DNA from: Octopus vulgaris
Taxonomy: Eukaryota
NCBI GenBank assembly: GCA_951406725.2
Contig: OX597816.1
Coordinates: forward strand, 136,462,001-136,526,000
DNA: 64,000 nucleotides
Direction of reading: 5' to 3'
Part shown: positions 26,905 to 38,220 of the stretch, in pieces
Position numbering within the stretch: the first letter of the stretch is position 1
How the letters are laid out: every line of letters starts with the position of its first letter
The notes under the pieces: generated by a model
What the model was told of the DNA's origin: nothing
The model's input: the letters and a program-made list of their open reading frames with translations, nothing else
Database searches by the model: none
Translations under genes and position numbers: made by a program

Positions 26905-27090
26905 TATGTTCACTACAATACTTCAGTATGTTTGATAATGATTGCATTTTGTTTAATTGTGTAAATTATGTGTACTAATGTACTATATTATTCACTATTG
27001 CAATATGTGTTTAAGTTATTATCTCTATTTCTTTATTACAATGTGATCTTCATAATATTTTTTCTATCTATTGCAGCGCCCTTCACTAAA

Positions 27091-28806
27091 ATGAAGCGGT
27101 GTGCCATGAAAACGTATGGTAGATCATCTGAATCTGCTTCAAGTCGTGCCTTTGATGATATAATACATAACAAAAATAATAAAAGCTTAACAGTAAAAGC
27201 ATCGCCTCTTATTCAAAAATGGGGAAAAACTTCCTTCACAGCAGTACGTGGACGAAGAGAAAGAGATCCAGAGGCAAAAATTGCCAGAGATAGAGAAATG
27301 GAAGTATCTAAAAGAACTCGTTTTGATGACGATATTTCCGATGACCCTTTTAGCTTTGAATCTGAAGACTTAAAAGGAACAAGCCGTAGTTCCATAACTA
27401 TGGTACCTCTGCATTCAAATGCATCACAGAAAAATATTATTGTCACAGCTCCTGCTGTTGGCATTGTAACCAAGAAGAATTTCAATGAGTACAATATTGA
27501 TCCTGCGGCAGTAAAACCATTGCCTAACACAGATCCTGATAAAGTATTGTACAGGTCAGCTAAAACCTATTCTGTAAGTCCGACTAAACGAACTGATAAC
27601 ATGCGTCAATCTACAATAGACCAATTTACTAATTTGCACAGTAGTCCACAAGAACGACTCTCTTTGGATTCTTCTCCTCAGAAAATGACCATCAAGGTCA
27701 GTGATTATTCATACTCACAGAAATTCTTCCTTTCTCCAAATAACTCTGGTGTTTCTACCCAACATTCCAACAGTCCAGAACCTTCATCTTGCATCACATT
27801 GAGTGCTCAATCTTCTCCTGAGAAACTGATATCTGTTTTAAGCAATTTGCCTCCATCTGAAGAGAATACTGATGATGACAGTTATAAATTTAAACGGAAA
27901 CCTATATTCCGCACATACACAAATCATAAACTGCCTGTGTCTGTTGTTCCAACCAGCTCTCCTTCTAAACATATGGTAAAATCAACAACTAAGACTAAAG
28001 CACCCATCAGTGCCCATGCATCTAATACTGTTTTATGTGACACTCAAGACAGTTTCACAAACAGTACGGTCATCTCTCGGAGTGAAGTGAAAAATAAACG
28101 TGGCACAACCATAATATTTCTTTGTAAGCCAAAAGGAATGGACAATATCAAAAGTTTAAAGAAAACTCCGAGGGAAACTGCCAGCGAGTTATTTGATAAG
28201 ATTATTAAAAAGAAATCAGTGAATGTAAGTGAAGAGAAGCAACCAAATATCATTTCTCCAAGCAGCCCTGTTTTTTCAGAAAGTAGTGATGAAGGGCCAC
28301 CTCCACTTTCTCCTGAAGAAGTACGAAAAGGCTTAGATGAAATTGAGAAAGGTGGATCATCCCAGTTGAATTTTGCTGAGGTTGATGTTGAGATGTTCAA
28401 TGATCATTCCGATGAAGAATCTATAAAATTGTTTTCACTGGACGACAAAGATGATTCTACGGGATCTGATGGGCCCAGCAAGAAAGAAGTTAATTCTACC
28501 AATGTGTTAAAGCACAATGAATATGATGATCTGTTTAAATTAGATGAAGATGATGACTTTGATTTTATGAATGACTCATGTAATTCTGTGTCGAACAGTA
28601 ATGATCGTGACTCTCCTAATGCAGATATTTTTGATCTTGATGATGATACTTATGACAAATCATTAACTATGAAAACAGCTAAAACTTACACCCGTCAGAC
28701 AACAAAAGAAAAACCAACTGAAAGGAAAATATTTAAGTCTAAAAATACTAGATATTCTATCTCTGGATCTGGTCAAACTAAATTATTGAGTAAAAGCCCA
28801 AAGAAG
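27091..28806 (+). CDS. WAPL: WAPL (wings apart-like cohesin release factor), first coding exon, 572 codons of the disordered N-terminus; gene continues downstream
   Basis: Translation MKRCAMKTYGRSSESASSRAFDDII...QKWGKTSF...DDPFSFESED is colinear with the human WAPL start as I recall it (KTYSRKGGNGSSKFDEVF...TKWGETTF...DPFGFDSDD). The end ERKIFKSK...SPKK parallels human TRKIFSGPKRSPTK. Acceptor tttctatctattgcag ends 27076, ATG at 27091, donor AAG|gtaagt at 28807 (phase 0). ORF-track extensions 26968-27090 and 28807-28854 are intron/UTR. Confidence 0.9.
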
Positions 28807-31199
28807 GTAAGTCCAGCTTTTCCATTTTCAACTTACCTCTTTCATACCATTTAAGCATTTCAAGCCCTGTACAGTCATTCACACCTCAGATTTGATCTGA
28901 AGCAAATTATTTAAAAATAACTCAATCTAAATCATTTTTGTAGGAATAAGCCAGGTACCTAAAACCTTCAAGTGGTTGCTTGTCCTGCTTGAAATAGCAG
29001 CCAAATTTCCATCAAATCACATCCAACTATTTTTGTTTTATATCTTCTTTTGTTAGCTACTATAGCCCCCAAGCCTTCTGAATGGATCTGAGAGATGGAA
29101 ACTGAAAGAAGCCTGTTGTGCCACATGAAAAGCAATCATACCAGTGTCACATAAAAGTGCTTGTGCCTATGCCACATTTAAAGCACTCAGTACACACTGT
29201 ACAGTGGTTGACATTAGGAAGGGCATCCGGTTGTAGAAACCAAGCCAAATCAGACAGGAGCCTGGTGCAGCTCTCTGACCACTTGGTTCCAGGTTCAGTC
29301 TCATTAGGTGGCACCTTGGGGTTGCTGTAAATATAGCTGTGTGATTAAGAAGCTTGCTTCTCAACCACTTGCCTCTGGTTCAGTTTCACTGTATGACTTC
29401 TGGGCTGATCAAAGCCTTATGAGTGGATTTGACAGATGGAAACTGAAAGAAGCTCATTATATATATATTTGTGTATGTGTGTGTGTGATTGTTGTACACA
29501 ATTGTCACTGTTACATACGTGGTGTCCCTCGTTTCCAATCTTCCATGAAAACATGTCTGGCCTTGGAGAAATATTACCTTACTTGGCAACAAGAAAGGCA
29601 TCTGACCATAGAAAATCATCTGCAACGAATTCCATCTGACTCATACCAGCTTGGAAAAGTGGACATTAAAAGAATGATAATGATGATAAATATTTTCCTT
29701 CTTTGTTGTTCCCATTCTCACTCAGTGATGCAGGCACTCCCAGTTGGGAACCCCTGTAGTAAGGACATATACAGGCTCTGGCTTTACAACATGAATATAA
29801 ACAATGATGGGTGATGTCAGTAGCTAGTGATAGTGCTTAGGAAAAGAAAAAATATTGGTGAAGCATAATCACTCTGATGTCTGAATGTTGTGTTAAGTGC
29901 ACAAGTCGGATAGTGCTTTTTACGTACCACCAGACCAGGGATCCTGGCTGGTTCAATTCGATTTCGATTTCGCTTGCCCCAACATGTCTTCGCAAGCAAA
30001 GGGGGTTGGCATGGGTGCCCGTCGTACGGTCGGATTGGTGTATTTTACGTGCCACCATATATATATATTGCATATGTCTATAAAGGCAGCTATTTATAAT
30101 TAAATCTATCAGCAGTGGTATCCAGTGGATGTGAAATTAAAGGGATATGTTTGGGTTTGACAGTGAGAAATTTCTGCTGGTTTTGATACCAGCTCTGTAG
30201 AATGGGCTTTAGCAGATAGAATACATAGTATTTCTCTGCTAAACATGTGTTAGAGCTCTTCATTACGTTTCTGAGGGTTGCTGCTTTTTTTTTTTCCTTT
30301 TTAAGATTTTCCATGAAATTGTGATGTCCTCTTTCCCTGTCTGTGTTTGGAATGCAATGTTTATTTTGGTACTATGTTTCAAGGAAAAGATTTTGGTAAA
30401 GGCAATACTTAAAGTGATTATGTTTTAGTTATTATATAATCCTGTATAAATTATAATTCCATACTGATCAAGTAGAACTGTAATTCATAAAGAAAAACAT
30501 TCTAGCCATGATCATTATTTTTCGTTTGCAGACAGTAAACTGTATTATTCATTAGGTCTTTCATTTTTTTTTAAAGTTAGTAGTGGTTAAAAAGAAACGA
30601 GATCTACATAGAGGATCTTATCTCTAACGATAGTGGATATGACTTCTTTTCATGCAGGAATTAACTGTAGGTGCATTGCCCTAACAAATCCAGCTCACTG
30701 ACTTTATTTTTGGTACTGTGAATCACTTGGAACTCAAACTCTGTATATGTTATAAACACGTTTATTTATGTATTTGTTGTGGCGGTTGCTCCAATAGAAG
30801 TTCAGATGTGAAGTTTGTGTTGAAGTGACAGAATGGCTTCAGGTCAGATTGACTTGAGATTCAAAGCTTCTGGAGATAACATGGCTGTGAGAACCATGCC
30901 TACAGTTCACGCTGAATTTGAAATAGATGTTTCTGTGTCAAAATTGCAGTTCCATTGGAACATCTGAATATGTAGTGAAATATGTCTGTCCTTGTTCCTG
31001 ATCTTCAGAATCTGCTTCAGATTCAGGTTGTGTACTGACATTCCACTGCAATTTTCTTCTTATATCTCCTCTAACCATGTTGTTTCTATTCAATCTTGTT
31101 ACCAATAGTCATCATGCCACTGTTTGTCTATCTCTGTTTTCCAGTACACTCTTACTCTGTCTCTTCTGTTACTTTTCTATTACTCCTTTCTTCTATCAT

Positions 31200-31900
31200 G
31201 CTGCCTTAAATAAAAGAAGATAGCATGTCCATCACTCCCTGCTTGCTCTCTAGTTTACCCTGCCATTCTAACTATTTGGTGCAAGAAGCACTGGTCTGTT
31301 AGCTTGGGCACCAGATGATATGTTCTGACATGCTCTTTACCAACTCATCTTACCTGGTGCCATGGAGACTGCACTACTCTACTATTGACAACTTTATGCT
31401 CATTTACAATTAATCTTACATCAAAGACTGATGCAATATACAGGATGCACCTTCAGCCTTGGCAGGTAGCATGTGAGACAACTATCTGTCCATTTGTAAT
31501 TTTAACTCTGCAAAGATCCTCTCTTTGTAAATTAGGTGCAGAGTAGAAAAAATGTTGGCTATGTCTATAAAAGTTTCAATGCGACTATGATATCAACATT
31601 GTCTGGCTACTGCTGTGGACTTGTACAAGGCAGCCCATATACCCACCTGTTAGTCATCTCTGGCTGCTAAATCTCTAATAACCTGGGCATGATGTTAGAG
31701 GGGTTACAAGGCCATTTCTCTACCATACCTTTATGGCTATTTCTCTACCATGTTTTTAATGGCCTAAAATAGAGGCAACCTTTATACTTAGCAATGTTTA
31801 TTGCTGCAGTGAACCTCCTGGCAGCTAACTCCCCATTCTGGCATCAAGAGCAGCAAGAATAAAGACCAATGCAGGTCTTTATTCTTCATTCCGCCTTCAA
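31200..31900 (+). mobile_element. Possible highly decayed CR1/L2-like LINE remnant
   Basis: GC-richer stretch with faint RT/post-RT traces; no clean frame. Confidence 0.3.
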
Positions 31901-33089
31901 CTGTCACTTTTTACACGGCTAGTTGTGTAGGAAAGGAAGAAAGATACAAGCAAACAGAGACAACATGAAGAAAATCCAGCTCTCTTTGGTTTTGTTGGGT
32001 GGGGGGTGGCAGTAAAGGAATGAATGGAGACAACATAGGGTCCTTGGTCTTGAGAAAGATGATAGCTTCTTTAGTGCCTGTATCACAATAAAGTTCATTC
32101 ATGCTGTAAAGTGGGTGGTGATAGGAAGGGCATTTAGAGCCCTAGAAACTATGCCAAAAAGTGGAATATATGACAAGACATGGAACCTAATTCACCTCGG
32201 AAAGCAGTAACTCTGAATAACTACTGACTTAGACTAGCAGAATCTGTCCTGTCCATGCCAGAATGTAAAAGCAGATGTAAAAATGATGATGATTTTTATA
32301 CTCTTGCCTCTTGCCTCATGTACTTTATGGTCAACTCTTGATTCTTTCCACTATCTGAGAAAGATGCTTTTGGTCATGTACTTTATTTGATACCATCAAT
32401 GTCATGAAGCTAGCAGTTATAAAAATAGCTCAGTACTCTTATTGGATTCCTTTATTTTTGTGTGTAGATTATGATTTAGATTGAATTGAGACTAACTCTG
32501 CCTTGTAAAATCCAAAATCTTTTTGATTCTGTGGTGCAGTCAGATCAAGCAAAAAATTGCTGATATATTTTACAAGGAAAATTTAAAATAAGAACCTTTT
32601 TAATGTTAAAACTTAAAAAAAAAAACTTTAAAAAAAGTAAAGTAAACTATTGTTTTATTTACTAAACCTACCTATAACAGAATTATCAGTAACATGTTTT
32701 TTCAAGATGCTAAAGCATTAGGTTGGGTTTTCTAAATCCTTAAATGATATTTTTTAAAAATCTGTGGCACACTAAGACACCTCTTGTGCTACACTGTTTT
32801 TGAACCACTATTTTATTAGTTAACCATTTATACAATAAAATATTAATGTGGGTTATAATATAAGTGGAATGCTACAGCTGCCAAGAATGTCTCCACTTCA
32901 GGTGCAGCTTACTTTCAAATACATCTGACTATTATGAAACTGATAGTCAGCCAAAGATAACATTACAAATGAAGAAGAAGGAAAAGACCCAGAAAAATTA
33001 TCTGAATGCTGGAGTGGGAAGCTACCAATGATGTTTCCATAGACTTAGGCTTCAGTTTTTTTTTTCTTGTCTTGTCTGTAGAGTCTGTT

Positions 33090-33595
33090 CATCATCATCA
33101 TTTAATGGTCATTGTCCATGCTGGTTTGGGTTGGACAGTTTGACCAGAGCTGGCAAGCTGAGGAACTGCACCATACTCCAGTCTGATTTGGCATGGTTTC
33201 TACAGCTGGATGCCCTTCCTAATACCAATCACTTCACAGAATGTGCTGAGTGCTTTTATGTGACACCAGACGGGTGCTTTTACATGGTGCTACATGGGCA
33301 CTTTTATGTGGAACCACCTGGATGCTCTTACATGGCACTGCATGGATGCTCTATATGACACCATCAGAAAGGCCAGTCTTAACACTTCTGCTGCAGAAAA
33401 TGGGGCTTCTTGAGTACAGCAAGGTGCCAGGCTTCTTGGTCCTTTGTCATCTTGCCTGAAAGGTTCAGCACCCTGAGGTCATTCTTCAGTACTTCATCTT
33501 ATATCTTCCTGGGTCTTCCACTTCTACATGTTCCATCTACTTTTAGAGATTGTCACTTCATCATGGAGCTGTCAGCATCCATCTGCATCACAAAA
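33090..33595 (-). mobile_element. RTE LINE 3' end (coding tail, 3' UTR and (GAT)n)
   Basis: Minus strand translates VMQMDADS...KVDGTCRSGRPRKI*DEVLKNDLRVLNLSGKMTKDQEAWHLAVL (RTE GRPRKTW...DL...WR motif). This links the (GAT)n-tailed family to RTE. Confidence 0.8.
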
Positions 33596-33618
33596 CTGAA
33601 GTTTGGTATTTGTTCTAA

Positions 33619-34049
33619 TTCTTTAGCATTTAACCCTTTAACATTCAGATTACTCTGTCAAATATGTTTATTTGCATCGTTTTAAATTAATCATGCATTA
33701 TCTCATAACTTCAAGATTTCGATGATGTGGTTGTTTATTTTTAGAATAACATTGTAGGGAAGGTGTAAGAGGCTTGATCTGGATTGTTTGAATATAAAAT
33801 AGGTAGAATATGTGGACCAGATATGGCTGTTTGAATGCTAAAAGGTTAAACTGCCCATATTTAGTTCAAATATTCTACTTGTTTTCTGTTCAAACTGGCC
33901 AGATCTGGCCTCTTACATCTACCCTACAATGTCATGCTAAACGTAAATCACATCACTGAAATCTCAAAGCTACGAGATAATACATAATCAACTCAAAACA
34001 ATGTTGATAAATAAGCATTGCATTTGACAGTAATCTGAATGCTAAAGGG
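33619..34049. mobile_element. Two nested piggyBac-type MITEs in opposite orientation
   Basis: Copy 33634-33845 is flanked by TTAA (33630-33633 and 33846-33849) inside the terminus of an inverted copy ending AAAGGG|TTAA at 34049. Confidence 0.85.
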
Positions 34050-34209
34050 TTAAGCTTTCTCTTGTGACGGTTGTCACTTATAAGGGTTTGAGACATTTTG
34101 ATACAGCTGTTTTAAGTACTGTCCCTGTGACCTTTTAGCATTGTAAAATTTTTGTTTTTATCCTAAACAGCAACTCAACTTCGTTTAGCTTTCTGCTTCA
34201 CTTTATGTA

Positions 34210-35087
34210 TGTGGTCTGATCAATAAGTATCCGGACTGTTGCCATAGTAACAAAGCTAAAGCACATGGAGTGAAGCCGCTTGGCACAGATTGACCTTGAA
34301 CTCAGCTGTGCATGCACACTAAGTTTTAACATTCTAGCTCACTTTTGCTATTTACAGCAGTGCTTGGAAGGAAGGTGTGTAGCATATGAGTGTCATATTG
34401 ACCATGACAAAAAACATTGAGTAGAGAATCTGCATCAAATTTTGCAAAAAGTTTGGTAATACCTGCTCAGAGGCCTACGCAAAGTTTTCATCATTCCGAC
34501 ACGAAGCGATCTTGTGCAACTGAAACCTGAGTGTCTTTTTGGTCAGCTGAAAGCAGTTTTGGCACAAACTTGGCAGACACGCTTCTCATACCCAAATCTT
34601 CAGTGATAATGGACTGAACTGAACTGTAACTAATCTGCACATCCTCTGACAACTCATGGATGGTAATTCAATGATTTCCCCTCACAGTTGCTCATAATTT
34701 GCAATATTTTTCTCAGTTCTGCCGGTTGCAGGTCTCCCAGAACATTGGTCATTATCGACATTTATTTGACCATCTTGGAAACGTCTGAACCACTCATACA
34801 CTTGTGTGTGGTTCATACACTCCTCTCCATACACTTTCTGCAACTTTGCGTAGGCCTCTGAGCAGGTATCACCATGACAACTTTCTTTGTCATGGTTAAT
34901 GCGACAATTACGAGCTACACACCTTCCTTCCAAGCACTGCTGTAAATAGTGGAAGTGAACTAGACCATTAAAACTTAGTGTACATGCACAGCAGAGTTCA
35001 AGGTCAATCTTTGCCAAGTGGCTTCATTCTGTGTGCTTTATCTTTCTTACTATGGCAATAGTCCGGATATTTATTGATCAGACCTCG
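34210..35087. mobile_element. Non-autonomous mariner built from two inverted 5' ends
   Basis: TA-flanked ends tgtggtctgatcaataagtatccggac / gtccggatatttattgatcagacctcg. Inverted similarity extends ~250-280 bp. The minus strand encodes mariner HTH (EAYAKLQKVYGEECMNHTQVYEWFRRFQDG...SGRP). Confidence 0.9.
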
Positions 35088-35454
35088 TATAATTTTCTCA
35101 CAATGGATTTCTGAACATCTTTTTACAAAATCTGACTGAATTTCAATTTTGGCACTGTGTGCAGAAAAATCAATAAGAGAGAAAAACATTATGATCCCAG
35201 TTGCTACAAACATCTCCCGTCTTCTCTCTCTCCCCCCCTCTCTCTCTCTCATCAAAACTTGTTCAGTGTCAGCAATGTCAAATTGCTAGCGTCCAAACAA
35301 CTGTGCCCAATCCTCACATATACCTAGAACTCATAGTTATAAACTCTTCAGTCCTCATAGTGTCATGGTCAGCCACTTCAGTTTAGCCAATATTGTTTCA
35401 AAACCCACATTCTACAGTAGGCACAAATACAAACATACACAGCCTTACACCCCA

Positions 35455-35860
35455 ACCTGTAACTGTCAATATCCTATCAACTGCCCACTAGGAAGATCCT
35501 GTCTCAAAAGTTGTAATCTATAGAGCCACCCTCACATCTGATGGCATCACAAGACACTACACAGGCATGAGAGTCAGTAACTTTAAGAGATGGTATGCAC
35601 AGCACATGCAGTCCTTCAGATGTATGAATACAGAACACTCCACCTCCCTGTCCTGCTTCGTTTGAAGATTGTGGCCATCGAAATGACTTCCCATCAAATG
35701 GATTATTCCTAACAGGCCCCTTTTTTATTCACTTGGAGCTTGTAATTGCCAATTCTGTCTTCATGGGAGACTACACATTCTCCACCAACCTGTAGTATCT
35801 ATTAATAGGGAGATTGAACTGTTATGTTGTTACCACCAGAGGTACACCTGGTTGCTTACA
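35455..35860 (+). mobile_element. Penelope-like element GIY-YIG endonuclease remnant
   Basis: Joined frames read CNCQYPINCPLGRSCL / VIYRATLTSDGITRHYTGMRVSNFKRWYAQHMQSF...HSTSLSCFV* / IKWII...CQFCL...INREIELLCCYH, the motif order of PLE GIY-YIG domains. Confidence 0.8.
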
Positions 35861-36468
35861 ACCTTGACATACTGCCCTAGGCCTAGCTGACCCTCACACA
35901 AGGGCAGGGTATTTAGTCCCTGCCATCAATATAGACAACAATTCATGGTCATGCAATCTTAGGGAAATAACTCAAAATAGGCAATAGCTTGAATTTAAAC
36001 AACTAAGTTGAAGAATGATGTTCTGAATGACATGTCAAAATTGCAAAGCCCAAATCTACAAAATACTTTTTATGTGTAAATGAATTGAATGGGGCAATGG
36101 GAAATGAAGTGTTTTGTTCAAGAACACAATGCATTGCCCAGTCCAAGAATTGAAACCATGATCTTACAATCATGAGTCCTCCATAACCACTATGCCATGT
36201 GCCTCCACATCAGGGCCTACAGCACTACATACACATATTAATATTATGTGGGTAGTTAGGGTCAGTCCCAGCCATTTCATCTTGAAGCACATCTGTTTAT
36301 TCTTGTATTATAATCCAGTATGAAAACTCAGTTGTGATCTAGGTCAATTCTGTGCAGAGATCAAGGTCAATTCTGTGTTTGTATGGAAACTCAGTGTGTT
36401 AGTGCAAAATACCATTAAACTTGAGAATTATGGAAATATTATTTGCAGAGTTACCGTAATAACAAAAT

Positions 36469-36660
36469 TTGAAATTTTTTGGTGCTATTTATTCACCATT
36501 ACATGTGTTTCATTTGCTAATAGGAATTACAAAGTTTTACATGTAAAAAAATTTCCTATTAGTTCTTCAGACAGAGAAATTTAATTTCACTATTTTTATA
36601 ATTCCTATTAGCAAATGAAACACATCTAATGGTGAATAAATAATACCAAAAATTTTCCAA
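36469..36660. repeat. ~62-bp inverted repeat (MITE-like hairpin)
   Basis: Arm 36469-36530 matches the reverse complement of 36597-36660 (core tatttattcaccatta.atgtgtttcatttgctaataggaatta). Confidence 0.8.
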
Positions 36661-36676
36661 TCTCTTGGTTTATATA

Positions 36677-37584
36677 CTTGCTGAGCAACCAGTCATTGCC
36701 TGATAATTTTCACAATAGAATGTCTTGGTGAATTTTTGAAAAGCCCACCCACATAAGTTGGATTTTTCTCTGTTTTGACAGGAATTTTTCTTTCACCACA
36801 CCCTAGCAAATTATACGGACGGTGGGTTTTTTATGAAGAAAAGTTTTGAAATTTTATGAATTTTTCAAACCCCACTCCCCAACACAGAACCGATTTTGGC
36901 CAATGTTTATTTCACATTACGCACTTAAAACAATGGGCGAGGGAGGACATAGGTTAGAAAAAAGAAAAAAATTAGGAAATTACAACCCCTGTGTCCTTTA
37001 TTTTCAAACAGAAAATGTAATGTAACTTAAAAACAATAGTGAAATTTTTTGAAATGTTTTCATTAACCCTAGCCCTTTCCTGTAAATCCTAAAATTTTGT
37101 CTTTTTTCCAAAATTTTTCTTTTAACCATAGTTTCAAAGTACGGACAGTCCAAATCTACAGTTTGTTTTTGTTTACAATTTCAAAATAATTTTCAGGCAA
37201 AAAGGTGATTTAAGGGCATATATATTTCTAGCACATCCCACAACCACCTGGTACCTTCCTCGTTTCTTTGTCACTCTGACATGTATTGATGTTGTTGAAA
37301 TTTTTTCCCCCCATAAACACATTTTATGGAAAGATGATGTGGTTGTCCATTGCTGGAATTTAAAAAAACAACAAAAATTTATTTAGGTCCTTAATCCCAC
37401 CCTGAATCAAGTGAGCCCGTGTGTGTGTGTGTATAAGAAAAAATATATTTACTAAAATATATTATATTTTACATACCTTTTTTTAAATCACTGAGCCTTA
37501 ATGAAATTCCTTAAGCACGTGCATGCGTGCACACACACACACACAAACACACAACATGATGTGAGTGATATGCTTTTATAGAGA
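36677..37584 (-). mobile_element. Possible old non-autonomous Helitron
   Basis: Minus strand starts TCTCTATAAAAG...TCACTCAC and ends caggcaatgactggttgctcagcaag|t, a decayed version of the terminus at 42590-42619. Confidence 0.4.
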
Positions 37585-37749
37585 GTAAAAAAGTTTGCTA
37601 TGAGAAAATGAAAGAGATGGAGAGAGAAAGAGATAAACAGACAGATCCTCTCTGTCGCTGTCACAAATTTTGAAATTTTAACAATAAATGAAAATGTTTA
37701 GATTTGGTATATTGATGTACTTTTTCATGATGAATACTAAAGAGTAAAT

Positions 37750-38220
37750 TTATTCAATAAAATTGCCATTGGCTTCAACCATGGCCTCCAGATGACTTCT
37801 GGATGGTCTCTTTGTTTAAGTTGGTGAACGCTGCCATAATCCTTGCCTTCAGTTCATCTTTGATGTTACGAGGAGTTTTGTTGGTCTCTTACTCAACTGT
37901 GCCCCACACATAATAATCAAGGGGGTTGCTGTCTGAGGAGTTAGGTGATGTGGTCACAGAAATTGTCTGACAGCCATAACTGGGTTTTCTTGCTTGTGTG
38001 GCATGGTGCAAAGTCCTGTTGCGAGACAGAGTCTTCCAGCAGCCACCCTCTTTACCCAGGGCAGCACTGCCTCCTCCAGGAACTTAATGTAGGCCTTTGT
38101 GTTTAGTCTAAGGTTGTGTGGGAAGATGAATGGAAGCATAACATCCTCATCACTAGTGATCACTCCAAACACCGTGATGTTGACTGGATGTTTGATTTTT
38201 TATCACTCTCAGTACATGTC
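37750..38220 (-). pseudogene. maT/DD37D-type Tc1-mariner transposase C-terminal remnant
   Basis: VMLPFIF...YIKFLEEAVLPWV / QQDFAPCHTSKKTQLWLSDNF / PNSSDSNPLDYYVWG...DELKARI...EANGNFIE*; the third catalytic residue is D (NPLDY). Confidence 0.8.

Noticed and set aside
26968-27090. 41-aa hydrophobic N-terminal extension in the ORF track
   Set aside because: It spans the polypyrimidine tract and acceptor; WAPL homology starts at 27091.
27574-28230. In-frame internal GTAAGT sites at 27574 and 28225 as alternative donors
   Set aside because: The exonic -3..-1 context is poor (TCT, AAT), and Val-Ser codons explain them.
27213-28400. Antisense ORFs overlapping WAPL
   Set aside because: Shadows of the coding strand with no recognisable motifs.
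28807-28854. Read-through giving a truncated WAPL ending VSPAFPFSTYLFHTI*
   Set aside because: It begins at a consensus donor and no canonical AATAAA lies close downstream.
33245-33365. Regularly spaced short repeats resembling a CRISPR array
   Set aside because: Eukaryotic retroposon minisatellite with no unique spacers or cas genes.
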